Of a DNA stretch of 64,000 bases, positions 14,501 to 29,500 are shown one piece after another. Numbering within the stretch: the first letter of the stretch is position 1; each line of letters starts with the position of its first letter. This DNA comes from Enoplolaimus lenunculus (taxonomy: Eukaryota). The DNA lies in NCBI GenBank assembly GCA_030248215.1, contig JASANG010003525.1, forward strand, positions 372,001 to 436,000, in the 5' to 3' direction. The notes under the pieces are model-generated. The model ran no database searches and was not told the origin of the DNA. It worked only from the letters and a program-made list of their open reading frames with translations. Position numbers and translations under genes: made by a program.

Positions 14501-17500
14501 TGAAACTGATTCACAACTCGGCCGCCGTTATTGTGCGAGAGTAAACGCCTGAAAACATATGTGACTGATTGCACTGTCTACTTTTTTATTACTTTCTATT
14601 TATGTTTGTGTTCATGGAAATCAAATATCTAGAAATCTAACTTTTTACGGTCGAACCACAAATTTAACGTTTTATGACTGTGGCCACTTTATTCGATACG
14701 TGTTATACTTCTTTGATTTTGTCAATAAGTATATAGACTACAGGAAAGGTTTCGTTGCAAATCAAACAATTTTTTCGACTTGCTAGGTTTTAGTTTTCCT
14801 TTTATTTTTGATTGAATTCATTTTTTATGATTTTAAAAAACATTTAGACATTTTTAAATTTAACATACATCAGTCGTGGTTTGCATTATTTCTCGGTGGT
14901 GGAATTAAATAACTGGTTTGATATTTATTATAAAAGATCAGTCGTTTGGTTTGGGTTCCTTGCCTGACATTCTGAAGTAGAAATAGTACTAGCGGCGTTC
15001 TCATGAGCGCATTTTTTTGGAAAGTTATTTTCGCTGTCTGGTTCTGGTTGTGATACAGTTATTTTAGATGGGCCTGGACTCTCCTTCTTCTTATTTTTAA
15101 GGGGAGGGCGTTCCGCCAGGTTAAAGGTTTGGTGAATTGAAGATTGGGGGCATGTCCAACATTGTGGTGTTTTCATACATTATACTTGTGTACTGCCATT
15201 CACTACATTATTTACTTCTGTGATCACTGAACTGCAATTTGGGCTGGTAAATGACCAGCAGTGTCTGGGGCTTAGCGGTATATGAGCCACGCCCTTTATA
15301 AGGAAGAGCCCAGAGTGTTTGGTCACACAGTGTTATTTATTTTAGGTATCTAAGCTATACGCATGTATTGCCAAGCAAATGGCGTTGCACACTACGGATC
15401 TTTCTTATATTAAAGTGATTCAAAGCGCAATAGCGTCTTGTGACACTGTTGTATTGCGACATATTGAAAAGGTTGTAATGTGTATTACTTCAGGAACCCT
15501 TCTTCGTTGTTGCTCAGGTTTGCTAAAATTTTAAAGACAGCAAGTCAAAATGTAGGCGTCCTCCTTTTATCTAACAAGGTTTAGAATTTTTATTCTTGGT
15601 TAAAAGACACTGCAATCAGAATATGCATGTTTACACAGTCTAGGACAAAGTTGTGCTATTATCTGTTTAAGTGATTGTAAATTCCATAATTTGTATTGTA
15701 ACGTTGCTTACGGCTAATCTTAGCATACATGTTTCCGTCCATAGTGTTTAGTGATACTGCTATTGTGACCGATATTGCAATGGTAATAAACTCAGGGTCG
15801 TTGTATTTGGAACGATTCACTAGACTTTTTTCAGGTAGTTGATGGAATTAATAAATATGTTTGCATATATGCAGATGTATATGTACCGCCGTGCAATAAG
15901 ATATCCTGTCACGGCTTCTGCAAAAAATTGGCATCTGCTCCGGTATTACAGATTATTGAATATCTATTGGTGAAAAATTACAAAAATTGACATTGACATG
16001 GCTTTGCATTTCGTCAAAATGTGCTCTTAAACAACATACCCCGGAATTTTTTCGCATCCAGTTGTACCCTACTGCGATTCTAATAATTATAGCTGTTGAC
16101 AATTGAGGCGTATTAATCTTTAAAATTAGCTCATTTACTAATAATTCTATGTTAGTATTGTAAACCACAAAAAGTAATCCACGTTTATTTAGGATCTGCT
16201 TCCGAACCTGTTCATTAATGTGCCAGATTCAGTTCGGCTGATGCTCAATGTATGCTCCGACTCAGGTAAGATAACGAGGCTTACAAGTTGATTCTGTCTG
16301 ACGTGTATATTAATCAGTATACGGTGTAAAAAGTGTTGTAATATAATTTATATCAAACACGTCGTACAGGTTTTCAGAAGCGCAGTTGTCTTTGGAAATG
16401 GGTTATTGATGTAATTATAGTGCGCAAGCACAACTACAAATTATAGTGTTCATATTGTTAAGTTATAGATTTTACCAGCGCTGACAATATTCGCATACTA
16501 TTGATAGTTTTACATTCGTCGTTGTCAGTTCGCAAAATGACTAAAATCGATGTATATGACGATTGGAAAAGAATTTGCAATGATTTGCTTGGTGTGAATC
16601 AACTAACCGCAATTGCAGGTGATCAAGAAGTAAGTGACTCACTGATAATTTAACATTTTATTTCAAATTTTGGAATTTCCATAACAGATGAACAAATTTT
16701 GGAGGTTCTTCTAAGCTCTCACATAGGACAACTGCCCCATTCACGGACGTTCGAGCGTAAATCAACATGCTTATCAAGCAGGAAAGTTTACAATCACAGA
16801 ATTGCTTCATCTTGTTTCGATTGAGGCTCGAGCAGCAAGTATGTACTAAATGTATTCGAAAATTCAGTCTGTTACAACACAATTTCAGAAATTAACCATT
16901 ATGTTGGAATCTTTCTAGATTCGGGTTTTTCGAAACCGAACCTGAATTCGATTCCGAACCTGCAATTTATGCTGAATCTGAAACTGAGTCCGAACTTTTG
17001 TTGCCATTCTGCCACCCTGATTTTTGGAGTTACTTGCAGGGTGCTATCGAAATTCCGATTCCGATTAGAATTCCGATTCAAAACGAGTTCCGATTCCGAT
17101 TCCTATTGCACAACCAATCGGAATCGGAATTTCCACGTTTTAATTTTAGGCCTACTTGTTGTGATATGTTGTATTAAAATTCTGCATCATTTATCGATAT
17201 AATTGTTTTCGATGAGTTAACGTATCAATAATTGATTGTAATTTAGCTTTACAGAGCAATCAAAGATTGCCAATTTGTTGATGCGACGTTTTTGAGAATT
17301 GTTGCCAGCCAACAGGTTGCTTGTTTCAGTATTAGACTACTTTGAATTACTGTACATCGTTCCGATTCCGACTGGCTTCTATTCGGATGCCGGAATTTTG
17401 ATTTTTCGGTTATGAGTTTAAGCTGATTGAACTTAAATTTTGCCTATTTTTTCGTTTGTTTGCAGATCTGTTTGTTTTTGTTAGTAAGTATTCTCTGTAG

Positions 17501-20500
17501 CAGAGTATCTCGCTGATTGTCAAAATGTGACTGCAATTGAAAAGCGGCAAGCAGTGATGTTAGCCCTACTAGTTCTCAAATATATCTCGATATTTTGTTC
17601 AACAGTATTCTTACTTTAGAGAAAACGACGCTCCATTGAATTGGTTAATTTTCAAAAATCTGGTTCTTGTTATATATGATTTCATAAGACTTCATATTTA
17701 AAGTTTTGAAATGCTCAAAATGGTTAACTGCATTTAAACATAAATCCAAGTTGTTCCTGCGCTTTGAGAATTGGCAGGCCTCCATTACTATTATAATTTT
17801 ACCGGTTTTACTTAAACTGTGAACAATACAGACAAACACGCAGCAACAAAAAGTCAAAAGCGCCATGCACTTTAGTTTTTGATATAATTACTAAAACTTA
17901 AATTCTGATTCCAATTCCGGTTCCGACAAAAAATTTGATTCCGATTCTGCTTCCGACAAAGTTTACTTCCGATTGGAACCCTGCTGTACGCGTATGTTGC
18001 TATATATAGCGTTTTCATGGTGCAAAACGTATCTGAATTATATCGGAATCGAAGCTACAAATTTTGTGACTGTACGAATCATTTGTAGTATTAAATATAA
18101 TATTGATTTAGGTTGGCTGTTGGCTAACAACAATTTTAAACACTTGGCATGAACAAATTGGCTATGATTTTTCGGCTCTGTAAAAGTATACTACAATCAA
18201 TTGTTGTCATTTTCAAAATAAAACTATAGTTTTGTGCGTTTGGATGTTGACATGGAGAGAATTTTGTGCAATATATCAGTAGGACAGGGTGCAAAACGGA
18301 ACTGGATTATACCGGAGTCGGAACAGCAAATTTATATCGGAATCGGAACTACCAATTTTGTGACTATACAGATAATTTGGATAAACAAGTTAATATTGAT
18401 TTAGGGTATCTTCAGGGTGCAACCGGAATTCCGGTTCCGGCATTTTTTCACCTTCCGGTTCCGGTAAATTTTTACCGGATTTAAAAATTCCGGTATTATA
18501 ATTTGGCCGTTTTCTTAACTTTGCTAATTTTTAAGAATCTCTTTTGAAAGCCACTTGTACTCCGAATATAAGCCATTGATGGTGGATTTCACTTCAGTCG
18601 ATGATGAAAATCTAAAATACAACAAATAAAATAAATACCTATGTTCGACTAAGGTTATTTCACAAATAATAGAGCAAAAAATAAGATTAAAATGAAATTT
18701 TTGGTGAAATGCATTTTTCATTTTCCGGTTCCGGTTCCGGTAAAATTTTCAAATTCCGGTTCCGGTTCCGGTAAATTGTAATTCCGGTTGCACCCTGGGT
18801 ATCTTGGCTGGCAACAATTCTCAAAAACGTCGCATGAACAAATTGGCAATCATTATTTGGCACACTAAAACTAAACTACAATCAATCATTGATAAGTTAA
18901 GTCATCGAAAACAATTTAATAGATAAATGACGCCGTATTTTTAAACAACATAATATCACAACAAGTAGGCTTAAAATTAAAATGTGTAAATTTCAATTCC
19001 GATTGATTGTGCAATCAGAATCAGAATCGGAACTCGTTTTGAATCTGAATTCTAATCGGAATCGGAATTCCGATTGCACCCTGCAGTTGAATTAAAATTA
19101 AAAGTTCAAACGAGTCGTACAGTGTCATTTTGAGTTAATATTGTTGTCATATCTGCACTACTTACAAAGGCATGCACCCCAACGAAATTTATTGGTTTTG
19201 CGTACATGCATCGCTTTTGCCAATCACCTGCGGATAGTTGTTACACAATTCATGAGAATTTAATTTTTGTTGACTAGGTCGGCTTGGCTGTGCTTATGTT
19301 GGTAAGCGGAAATCCAAAAACAGGAAGCGTGATTCGAAGTGATGAATTTAAGCTTGTAAAACGATTTATTTGCGTTCAAATTGATACACCATGTCCAAAT
19401 TTTCGACAGAAGTTTTTGGCGAGCATGAGAAAGGTATTGACTTTGTATGAATTAAAACTGCCGGTATGCTTTGCCGAAATAGTGATATAGTTTTGTCCGC
19501 ACAGATTCTGTTATAACAGATTGTACGCAAGCATTCAGCTTAAGATGGTCTACTAGTTAGCTTAGACAATCAGAACTAGTATTTCTATACAGTTGAGAAT
19601 TTGTAGAAATAGTTGTTTTCAAGCCAAATAAATTTGTAATGCAATTTTTTGCACATTTGTACCGTAACCGTGATTTTTCGGATCTTGAACTTTCAGACTG
19701 GAGCATGTAAACTATTGCAGCAGGCCTAAAGCATAACCCGAACATAAGCCTAATCCTAAGCCAAGTTTCTCAGTCTAAATATTTCTGCTTCCGAGTGGGT
19801 AGGCCCCTATACTTGGCGTAGTGTCCTTAGACTCATGTTACTTTAAGAACCTGCGTTGATCGTTAATTTATGTTCTGCGTTGATCGTTAATATATGTTGC
19901 TCACGCTGTACAAATTTTTTTGGCGAAAATTATTAAACCTTCTCAGGTCCTTGTGACGAGTGTATTGCAATATTGCGCGAAACCATTAAAGTGTTTGATA
20001 GTAACGACCCTGAATATGGCCTTGATTTGATTATTGACCTGTTCGAACAGTGTTTATTTTAGTTTTTTACGCGATTGAAAGATTCTGGAGAAATTCTTTG
20101 CCGTGACGCGACCGAAAGTTCCGTTGAAAATGATCAGACAGTTGCTGAATATAAAGTAAACCTGTGGTAGAAACATCGTGTTTTCGTTGTAACATGTTAC
20201 TATCATAGGAACAAAAGTTTCTTTTGGAGACCATGAGCCGAGGTTTCAAAATTCTTTGCGTTTGCGATCTGTACTGGGACATTTTGGAAGTGGGTTAATG
20301 CTGGTTTTAGTTGCTGCAAAGTATTGAGAATGTTTCGTCATGTCAATTTTTGTGGTCTATATATGTTTCAGACATTCTGTCAATGGCTATTTCACTACTG
20401 TGTTGGCTGTTTATTTCCGGGTGCAAATTTTGGCCGTAGAAGTTGTGCGTTGAAACTCCTAAATTACTACAATAAGTATTTGCAAGATCATCAGAAAAGT

Positions 20501-23500
20501 TAGTAAACATTTTTTTTTAAATTGTAAATTTTTGTCTATATGAATTTGATACGGCTGCGTGTGACAAATGGAAGCACTGCGTGACGTGCCGGTTTAGGAT
20601 TTTTCAGTAACACGGTTTCGTTTTGAAATTTGGCGGATAAATTCTTGTAAATAGCGGCCTGGGATTAGCGTGTATTATTAGATTGCAATAAATGTTAAAA
20701 GTTGTGATGTCACATTTCTTCCGAAATGGAAGTCTAAATTTCGTAATTGTGACCGTTAATTTACTTATTAAATTTTTGGTGGGCCCATGCTAAAGTATAA
20801 TTACGTGTATGTAAAAAGCTTCATTTCTTGACTAATTTCATAGCGTGAGATAGACTCTGTAAATCGGCCAACTTGTATTATTCAGATTTTGTGGTTTACT
20901 GTGAATAATTGACGTTATGTTCATTGAAAATTCATTTTTATTGCAATGCTATTTTCAGAAAATTTATTTTTATTGCAATGCTATTTTCAGCTCGACTTGT
21001 AACTGCTATTCAGTATAAGTCGTGGTGGACTGAACCGGCTGTTTGTCGTCAGATTATTACTGCACTGTTAGATTCGTACGAACTTAATCAGCAAATTGCT
21101 GCAAGCTTACTTGAAGAATTTTCCTCCGAGTGTGCATGCGTGATAAATACTTCTGAGTATCGAATGCGCACACACAAGCTATTGTCTTCGAAAAAGCCTC
21201 AAGATGCCGATGCCGGAGTATATTTGTATACAGTTGGGACGCGTGTAATTTTGCGTTTGGTTTCGTGTGATCGAAAGGGGTTGAGTCAAAGGGCAGCGGC
21301 TACTTTTAGCCGTTTTGGGTTGTTGTTGGACTTGCTTGAAGACCAGGTGATAAATGCAGAACGGGATTTGATTGATGCAGCAGAAAAAGCACCTATGTTT
21401 GGAGTGTTAAGAGCGATATGTGTTGCGGTAGACCAGGCCGAGATAACAATGCATAAGGAAAAGGAGTGGTCTGTGGTGATTACGAAACGCTTGATGCCAT
21501 ATTGCTTTCGAGTTGTACGGTTGGTAAGCTCAATTGTTAATAATATATCGCCGGAAGGTTATCTGCCGTTGAATTTGGATAACATTAGCGGAAGTGGTTG
21601 CGTTAGTGTGAAACATACCGAAGACAGCAATGCAGCTTGTGATCAAAATCAATCTGGACTTACCTTTGTTGTTGATGATGAAATAAGCCAGTCACGATTA
21701 TGCCAGTCGCTACTTGTATGCTGTTGGCGATCGCAGAAAGGTGTGTCGGAAATATTCGGTGCATTGGTTCGAAATTTCACTAAATCAAATTCAGCGGCGA
21801 CTTCGCTATTAAACGAGTCACAAATCAAAGAAATTGGAGAGTACTTTATAGATCTACTTTGCGAATGCAAGCATCGTGGTGCGTTTGAAACTGCGCACAC
21901 CGAATTTGCAAGTGTTTGCAATTCGCTTTGGCTTCACAAATATTCAGAGCTTCGTTGCCTCCCTCGTGAATGGTGTGAACGGCTTCTTAGCGCGGTAGCG
22001 TGTTCTTCCGACGCTGAAAGTGGACTGTGTGCGACCCGTCGTAGTGCCGGTGTACCGTATTTGGTTTCGGCAATTGTTGCATCGCAGCCTGTGACTGAAA
22101 AGTATTCATTGTTGCTCCAGGTTGGCAGACGGCTCATTTCAACAGCACAGCGAACTGAAAATTCTACAGATTCGAAGGTAAGGCTTTGTTGAATAGCGTA
22201 GGGTGTGTGTAATTGATGTGTTTGTTTGAAAAATTATAAGTATTGAATTTTTCCTTTGGCAGTCTTTGATGTTTTTCTGGTGTCGAACATTTCAATTTTT
22301 TACATCAGGTTTGAATAATTGGAAAGCAAATCTTAACAGTAATATAAGGCCATTTATGCACGGAATTGGATTCCCTGCAAAAAGCTTATCACAGTTCTAA
22401 TTATCTATTGGCTAACCTTAAACTTAAAGTTTTGGATTTTTGTAATTGCTACCTGGTGAACTCATGTTTTTTCTAGAAGATGTCTCCAGAATGCAGCTTG
22501 TTGCGGCATTTGCATTATTTTTAGGTACATGCGCGCAATGTGCTGCGAGCCCTTTGTCGTAACACTAAGCTGGGCGAAGCTGTATTACCACTTCTTGCAG
22601 ATGCAGTTAAAGTTGCGATTGATGGACATAGCGACGCTAATTGGGCAATACGAAATAGTAGCGCATTGTTGCTCAGTGCATTGATTCATAGAATATTTGG
22701 AATTAGCCGCGTGAGTGAATATGATAGTCGAAAGAATCGGTATGTCAGATTAAGAGTTGTTTTGAAACGAGTGTTTTTAACTTGAAAGTCAACGATATTG
22801 GATGCCAGTGGTGACGAACTGAATGTATTTTAGTGATGAAGTCTTACTTAGTTTATTGATCATTAAGAAAGTACCTAGAAGATGTATTAAGGTCTTTGTG
22901 TCAATGTTTTTAACTTGTAACTTTCTCTGATTCAATCAGTAGTCGGTAGATTCCTGCCAAAGGTTTACCTTTCGAGTCTCGATTTGGCATTATTTTTAAT
23001 GCTTGTTCTTGTTTGTGTTTCAGGCTTTCAAGTAATGAATTTTTCTCGCGTTTTCCAAGTTTGAAGCCGTATTTGTTGGAAACACTTATGCGAGTCACGG
23101 CCGAAATTTGCTGCTCAAACAATTATAAATGCTTACCCATATTTCCTGTGCTGTCAATTTTGTCAAGGTAAAGGTGATATCTGTATAGCGTTTAGTCGTG
23201 GGCATTAGAAAAATCAATTATCCGGATATCCGACGCATTATGAGGGAAAACTACTCAAATATCCGAATAATTGAGAATATTTTTATCAAAATAATTTTGT
23301 AAAAAATTCGTGCAAAACATGCAGGGCGTCAATAAAATCGTGCATGTCTCATATTTTCATTTTAGTGTTCTAAATTTTCGGTACTCGAAGTTTGTACTAA
23401 ATTCCGAGTCGGTTTGCATCTATTTACCGGTAGCCCGAAACTTCGCTTTGTGTGCTTGAGAATATTATAATAATTTGTATAAGTGTTTGTGCGCTGTTGG

Positions 23501-26500
23501 CTTTAGCGCTTCCGAAGACGAGAAATTTAAATATAGCGTTTAGAAGGTGGAACACTTTAAATTCAGTTAGCTACTCGATAATTAGCATGTTAAGTATGTG
23601 TGCTGTGACAGTAAAGCTATTATCTTGTATTTACGGGTTTACTGTACGGTTGAGTGCTGTGGCCATAGGGTATTTGAGAATGGTGAATACAATTAGTAAA
23701 TATGTCTGAGCTTCGCTCAATACAAGTAGTTTCACTGCGACTGGTAGTATTAGCTCTTGACTTGAATAAAAAATGGAATATGGTGTTAGGCACCAGGATA
23801 ATGTGTGATACCGACGTAACGGTCTAGTGCTTATATCTCAGGAATTAATAGTGGTTTTCTTACGATTGTAAATAAAGTTTTTAGGATTTATTCAGCTCAT
23901 CAAAATATGATTACGCTGGCGTTTTCTGGACACAATCTTGCTGCAATGGACGAGTTTTATGCGCCGTTGCGTTCAATATGTTTTCAATCGCCGTCTTATT
24001 ATGTTCGATGTTTTGCTGCAGTTGCTTTATCGGCAATTTTAAGCTGCGATTGTTTTACGTTCTTGGACGAAACGATAGCTATGTGTTCACAATCTCTTGA
24101 GCAAGTTGCAGCTGCCAATCAAACGCATGGCATGCTAGAATTGGTATTTTTAACGCTGTTGTGATAAATCGAATTTTTGTCATTGAACATTTAAACGATT
24201 TGAGAAATGTGGTTTCATGGTGTATGTTTGAGTTTTATAAGTTGCGCTATTTGAAATTGTTTCATAAGTGGATTAACGTTCGACAATTTTAATGTTTTAA
24301 CAACTGGCCGAAGTATAATTATCGTATGAGACGAAATGGGTTAGTTTTACACACGAGAGTACCACTTACCTAACAGGGTGCGACAGGATATTACTTTACT
24401 GGATACCACAACCGGATAGTGAAGTTTGTATCGGAAATGGATAAGCATGTGAATATGAACACTGTTGAAAATATTGAGTTACGCAAAAGTACGTAAATGT
24501 TTACTGAATTAAAATTAATTGTTGCATTGATTTTTCATTTCAGTTTATTGAGTGAAAATTTGATAGCTTTTACTTGCTTTGATAGATAATCGCAGCAAGA
24601 GGTTAAAGATATCTACTTGTCAAGAGCAGTTTTGTGGTGTCCGGGTTGCAACTGTAAATATGCGGTATCCGCTAAATTTATACCGTATACGCTGGGCAAT
24701 CGGTGGTTAGCGGCGTAGTGGGGGAATCAACCGGGGTGAAATTTCTGGGTGTGGGTGGTTACAGAACTTTCAGTAAAGCGTAAGTTTCACTAGCCAGTGT
24801 TTAGTGACACCTACGAATAAACACGTAATCAAAAACAACCATATTAACAATAAACAGATCAAATATATAAAACATATAATCGAGGGGGTATGTTTAATTC
24901 ATACTGATGTTAGAAATGTTGAGTGCACCACAAACAATAGTTACACATTTGATAGCTGATTTGAGCTGTAATTCCTAACACTTACTTCCAAACTGGGTAA
25001 TGTTGTGCTCTAATTTGTATTCGCAAAGTGGTAATCACTGGATGAAGATGATTTTCATAATGTAATTCACCATGCATAATTTACTGTTAGTTCCTAATCA
25101 TCTGATGTTGATTATCTACCTTTAAGCTGATATGTTTGACTCAAAAACAAAAACTGGATGATGTTTCGCAAACTGGAAAACAAGCATTTGGCTTATGGCA
25201 GACAAAGGCCTACTCTATACTAACTAATCTGTGCAGAAGGTAAATACAGTTAATTACGGAAAATTGATTTTTGCGTTGCTGAAAAATTACAGAAAATTGG
25301 TTTTTGCAGCGCTAAAATTATTTAAATCATTAGGTTTGCTATGTGAAATCTAAAAATTGCCGATCGAAGAGACCTAAAAGATGTCAGGTACTACTCGCCG
25401 GCGTAAAATGGAAATAAAAGCATTAGTCTGCAACTGCTGTGGAAGATAAAATGTTTATTCGTCATCAGCTCATTTTGTGTTCAAAATTATTTAGCAAATA
25501 GCATAATAAATTGACAGTTTTAGCATTGGCTATCAAGTAAGATTAATTCTTAGTTTAATAACATTTATATTAATTTTGAGCTCAGTCTTGTATGCTTCTT
25601 TCGTGTTGTCGAAATTAGGTTTGAATTTCAGAGTTCATGCACCGTTGGTGCAGGCAAGGTTTCTCGAATTGTCAGTGGAACTTGGAAAACAGTGTTATGG
25701 TAAGCATGCGTAGACATGTGACTGGATTTTTTAGAACAATAATTGCGAAAATTATCACGGTTTAGAAAGTCGTAAAATACCTCTACAACAACTAATTGCG
25801 CATCCCACTTTTCAGTTGCCAGTCTGTGTTTGCTACTTGCTATGTACTGAAAGCTCGCATCATACATGTATATAATTTGTCTCATATACCGGATGTGTAC
25901 GTACTTCATTGGTTCTAACCCTTGACATTCAATCTGTCAACGTGGTAAATACCCTATTACCGGATATTCGTTGGATGCTAACCGAAGTATTCTTGTTGTT
26001 ATGTACCCCGTATTTTTAGAATGGTATAGTCATAGTTAACTTTTTGAAGATACTGTGTTCGGTTTCTAACAGGGAAGTAGTATAATTTTACAACATAGTG
26101 TTTTACAGTATTGCATAATACTTTAGCGGTAATTTTAGAACATCCATCACAAGTGCTTGATTTGTGTAATACACGATTGATTCGTGGGACACCAACATAC
26201 CTTAAATCTCTTGCACGTTATTTCGTTATCAACTACAAAAATCCCGATGCTTTAAAGCTAATACGCGTTGTGTTGTGCGATTTAGGAGCTGATAAGCAAA
26301 AGTAAGTTATATGTTTGATGGTAGGGCTTGTTATGTTTGTATCTAGCTTTTATCATGTTTTATTGTTGAATGACATAGATTCAAATGCAGAAAATACAGA
26401 GGATGCAATGACTGGCTGTTTAAGTACCTTCAGCCATGTTAAATTGGGATAAGCTCCTTTTTCTGAATGTTGTCTTGCATCTATCATCAGCTCCCAATAG

Positions 26501-29500
26501 GCTTAATAAAAAGTGTAATTTTGACACAACCGGAAAAGCATCTTCGACATTTAACAGACTTGTATATTACGTTACAGGTCTTTCGGCCAACGGAGGTAAA
26601 TCCGTTGGCTGAGTAAGCTTGTATATTAATGTAACTTGCATTGCTTTGGCAATGTGTTTAACTTTTGTACAGCAACAACATGGCAGGTGTGAATTCTTGA
26701 AGTGGATATGGTATTTTAATTAAGCACGCTAGCCGGTTGTGCTCTGAAACGTAGTTTTGCTGTGATATTTTAGATACTGTGCTGCATTCCAGCGATGTTT
26801 CTTAGTTTTGCTGTGATATTTTAGATACTGTGCTGCATTCCAGCGATATTTCTTAGCTATTTTGGTAGAACAGTTACAATCGAATGTTGAGTTTCGACTG
26901 AGATTTTTTGAAAACTTAACATCTTGTGACGACGTGAAGCTCATTAATGGATTGTTAGATGTTGTTTGCGGTGAAGTTGATGATAAACTGACTAGAAAGG
27001 TGAGTTCTGGGGTAATTGAACATTTTGAGATCACCGGAGACGTGGCCGATGAATTAGCTTGATCGGGGACCCAGACGAAGTTTATTGGACCAGAACCTGT
27101 TATTGGTGAATGCAGCAAAATAGATTCTAAGTCTACTAGCTTTATCTTCCGACTTAGTAGAAATAGAGTTGGACTTGTAACACAGCTTGTAACTGGACAT
27201 TGTCAACTAAATTAGCACGTGTTTAAGTTTTAGTACTTGTGATGGTTATGGGGTAAAAGAGGCATCAGTGGAACTGGGGATGTACCGATTAATCGGCATC
27301 GTTATTAATAATAATAGGCACGTTTCGTAAGTATCGGAATCGGCACTGCAACAAAATTGCCGACTCTGCCGATACTTTTTGCACATAACAGTAATTGGAA
27401 TGTTTTCAATTGCACTTCTTGGCGTATATCAGTTTGTCTGATCAGGGAAACTGTTATCTCTCTTGAGCTTGTGTTTGGAAAAATTAATTGAAATGAACCT
27501 TTCTCATAAAATTATAATCGTGTACGGTGGTTAGGGTTTAAGTCGTGGTATAATGATGTAATGTAGTATCCTATTTGTTCTTTAAGTTTGGTGTTGCAAA
27601 GTTGTAATCGGCATCGGCAAAAATTTTGGTGTCGGCACATCCCTAAGAGGAACCATTCATTATGAGTTATCTCGATTCGTTATAGTGTCTAAAACGTATA
27701 CTGAGTCATAGATTAAGGTAAGAAATGAATACAAGATAAAAAACCTTACTTCAAGAGGATGCGCAACTGACCAATCAGTGTCTAAATATCCACAGGCCTC
27801 TTGGATTCAATGAATCTGTAATATAATGAATTTCAGAATTTCAAGGTTATCGGTTGGTGTTTGGATATATATTATTAGGTTGGTGTTTGGATATGTATTA
27901 TTAACCCTTGGCTATTTTAGATTTGTAAACTTTTGATTTTGACGTTTTGTTACGACCAAGAATTTGTTGCTTGCACCTCAGCCTCACTATATTCTGATGT
28001 GCGTAAACTGTTAACAAAGGCGGCGAATTGTTCAAGGTACATATGGATGTTCTAGCTTGTATTATTATGTATAGAGTAATGGAAACAGTTACGAACACAA
28101 ATAATATTACAACTTCAGATGTAGCATGAATGAAAATTTAAGCAGTCTATAGGATGTTTTTAAAAGAAAGTTTGAATTGGAACTATTATATTTATGCATG
28201 GTGCTCAAAAGTAAGACAGTTGGAAGTAAATATATCAGCTGTAGCATTTATTTAAAGATTCTCATAGTTAAAACGCGAAATGTACTCTACATACTTGATT
28301 ATAATTACAGTTATGAACAGAATTAATTGCGATCGCGATCGCGTTCGAAACAGCAGTTCTGAGATCTTGATTGCATGTTTCTTGAGCACAATTGTTCGCA
28401 AACGCGATTTGATCTGCTTGCATTTACAGCGACCATAATCGCGTTTGTTTAGTATTAATTTTTCAATTGCTTGCAAACGAAGTTACAACGTTTCGTCTCT
28501 GACCGCGACAGAGCGCGAGCATAGTCAATTCAAAAGTTATTATAAAACCGCGACCACGGACGAAGTCTCTATTGCTGCGCTTCTGTGTGTAACTTTAGTG
28601 TTTGAAATTCACATGGTTTTAGGGACAAACTAAAGATATTGCTCTTACAGTTGACTGGTTTGTTGATGGTGTACAATCAACTGGTAGGTTCACTTAGAAA
28701 ACTCCAATTCGTACTCTCTGTTGTTACGTTCGAGAACTAATGTTCTCAGGTCAGCGGATAGTTGCTCAGTTCTCAAAAAGGCTTCCCAAGTTCAAATTAA
28801 GTGTTGGGTCTTCCACGCCACCGAAGAGGTTGCCAACAAGGACTCGCTGTTTTTATAGTGGTATCGCTCGCAACAAAAACTTGCAGCTGCCAAGTACAAA
28901 TTAGGACAGAAAAATAGGTTTTGGTAGGAGCCCTAATGCACTCTTAATGGGATGTTCATCTTACTTACCTATGCTCGGTTGCACGGCGTATTTAAAGCTT
29001 AGTACACAAGTTGTACTATAACTGCAGCGCTTACTCTCAGCAGCACGAACTGTACAATTACGAAAAGCAGATTCGCTTTCTTGTCAACACATGCGGTCGT
29101 TCTATACTGAAACTAAGTGTTTGGCTTTCCACGCCACCCATGAGGTTCCAACAAGGACTCGCTTTTTTAAAGTGCTGTCGCATGTAACAAAAAACATTTT
29201 ATTCTGTTGTGTATAAACATACAAACTCCACACCTGAATATAAGTTTTTTTGTCAGGACCTTATTGCACTCTCCTAAGCATAGAAACGTCCACGAGCCTT
29301 ACTGAGATCTAAAATGTACTGCCTTAAACGCTACACTTAGTCGCGTGCCTACAAAACTCCGATCACTGCTTAGTAGACGAATAATGTAAACGACACGATA
29401 AAGCCCAAAAATACTAACATGTATATTTTTGTGCGTAGGTATTTGCTTCTTGCGCGCTCATTTCACGCAGTGGCTCGCACCGAAGCGCTCATTTTACCAA

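Noticed and set aside
16727..17604. Extra THADA exons at about 16727-16838 and 17500-17604
   Set aside because: Exon 16469-16629 joins 19278 in phase and restores the family pattern without them; not excluded as alternative exons
26862..27062. Track ORF as the THADA terminal exon
   Set aside because: Canonical donor at 26999; the remainder is retroelement RNase H sequence and THADA-like exons follow at 41962-45966
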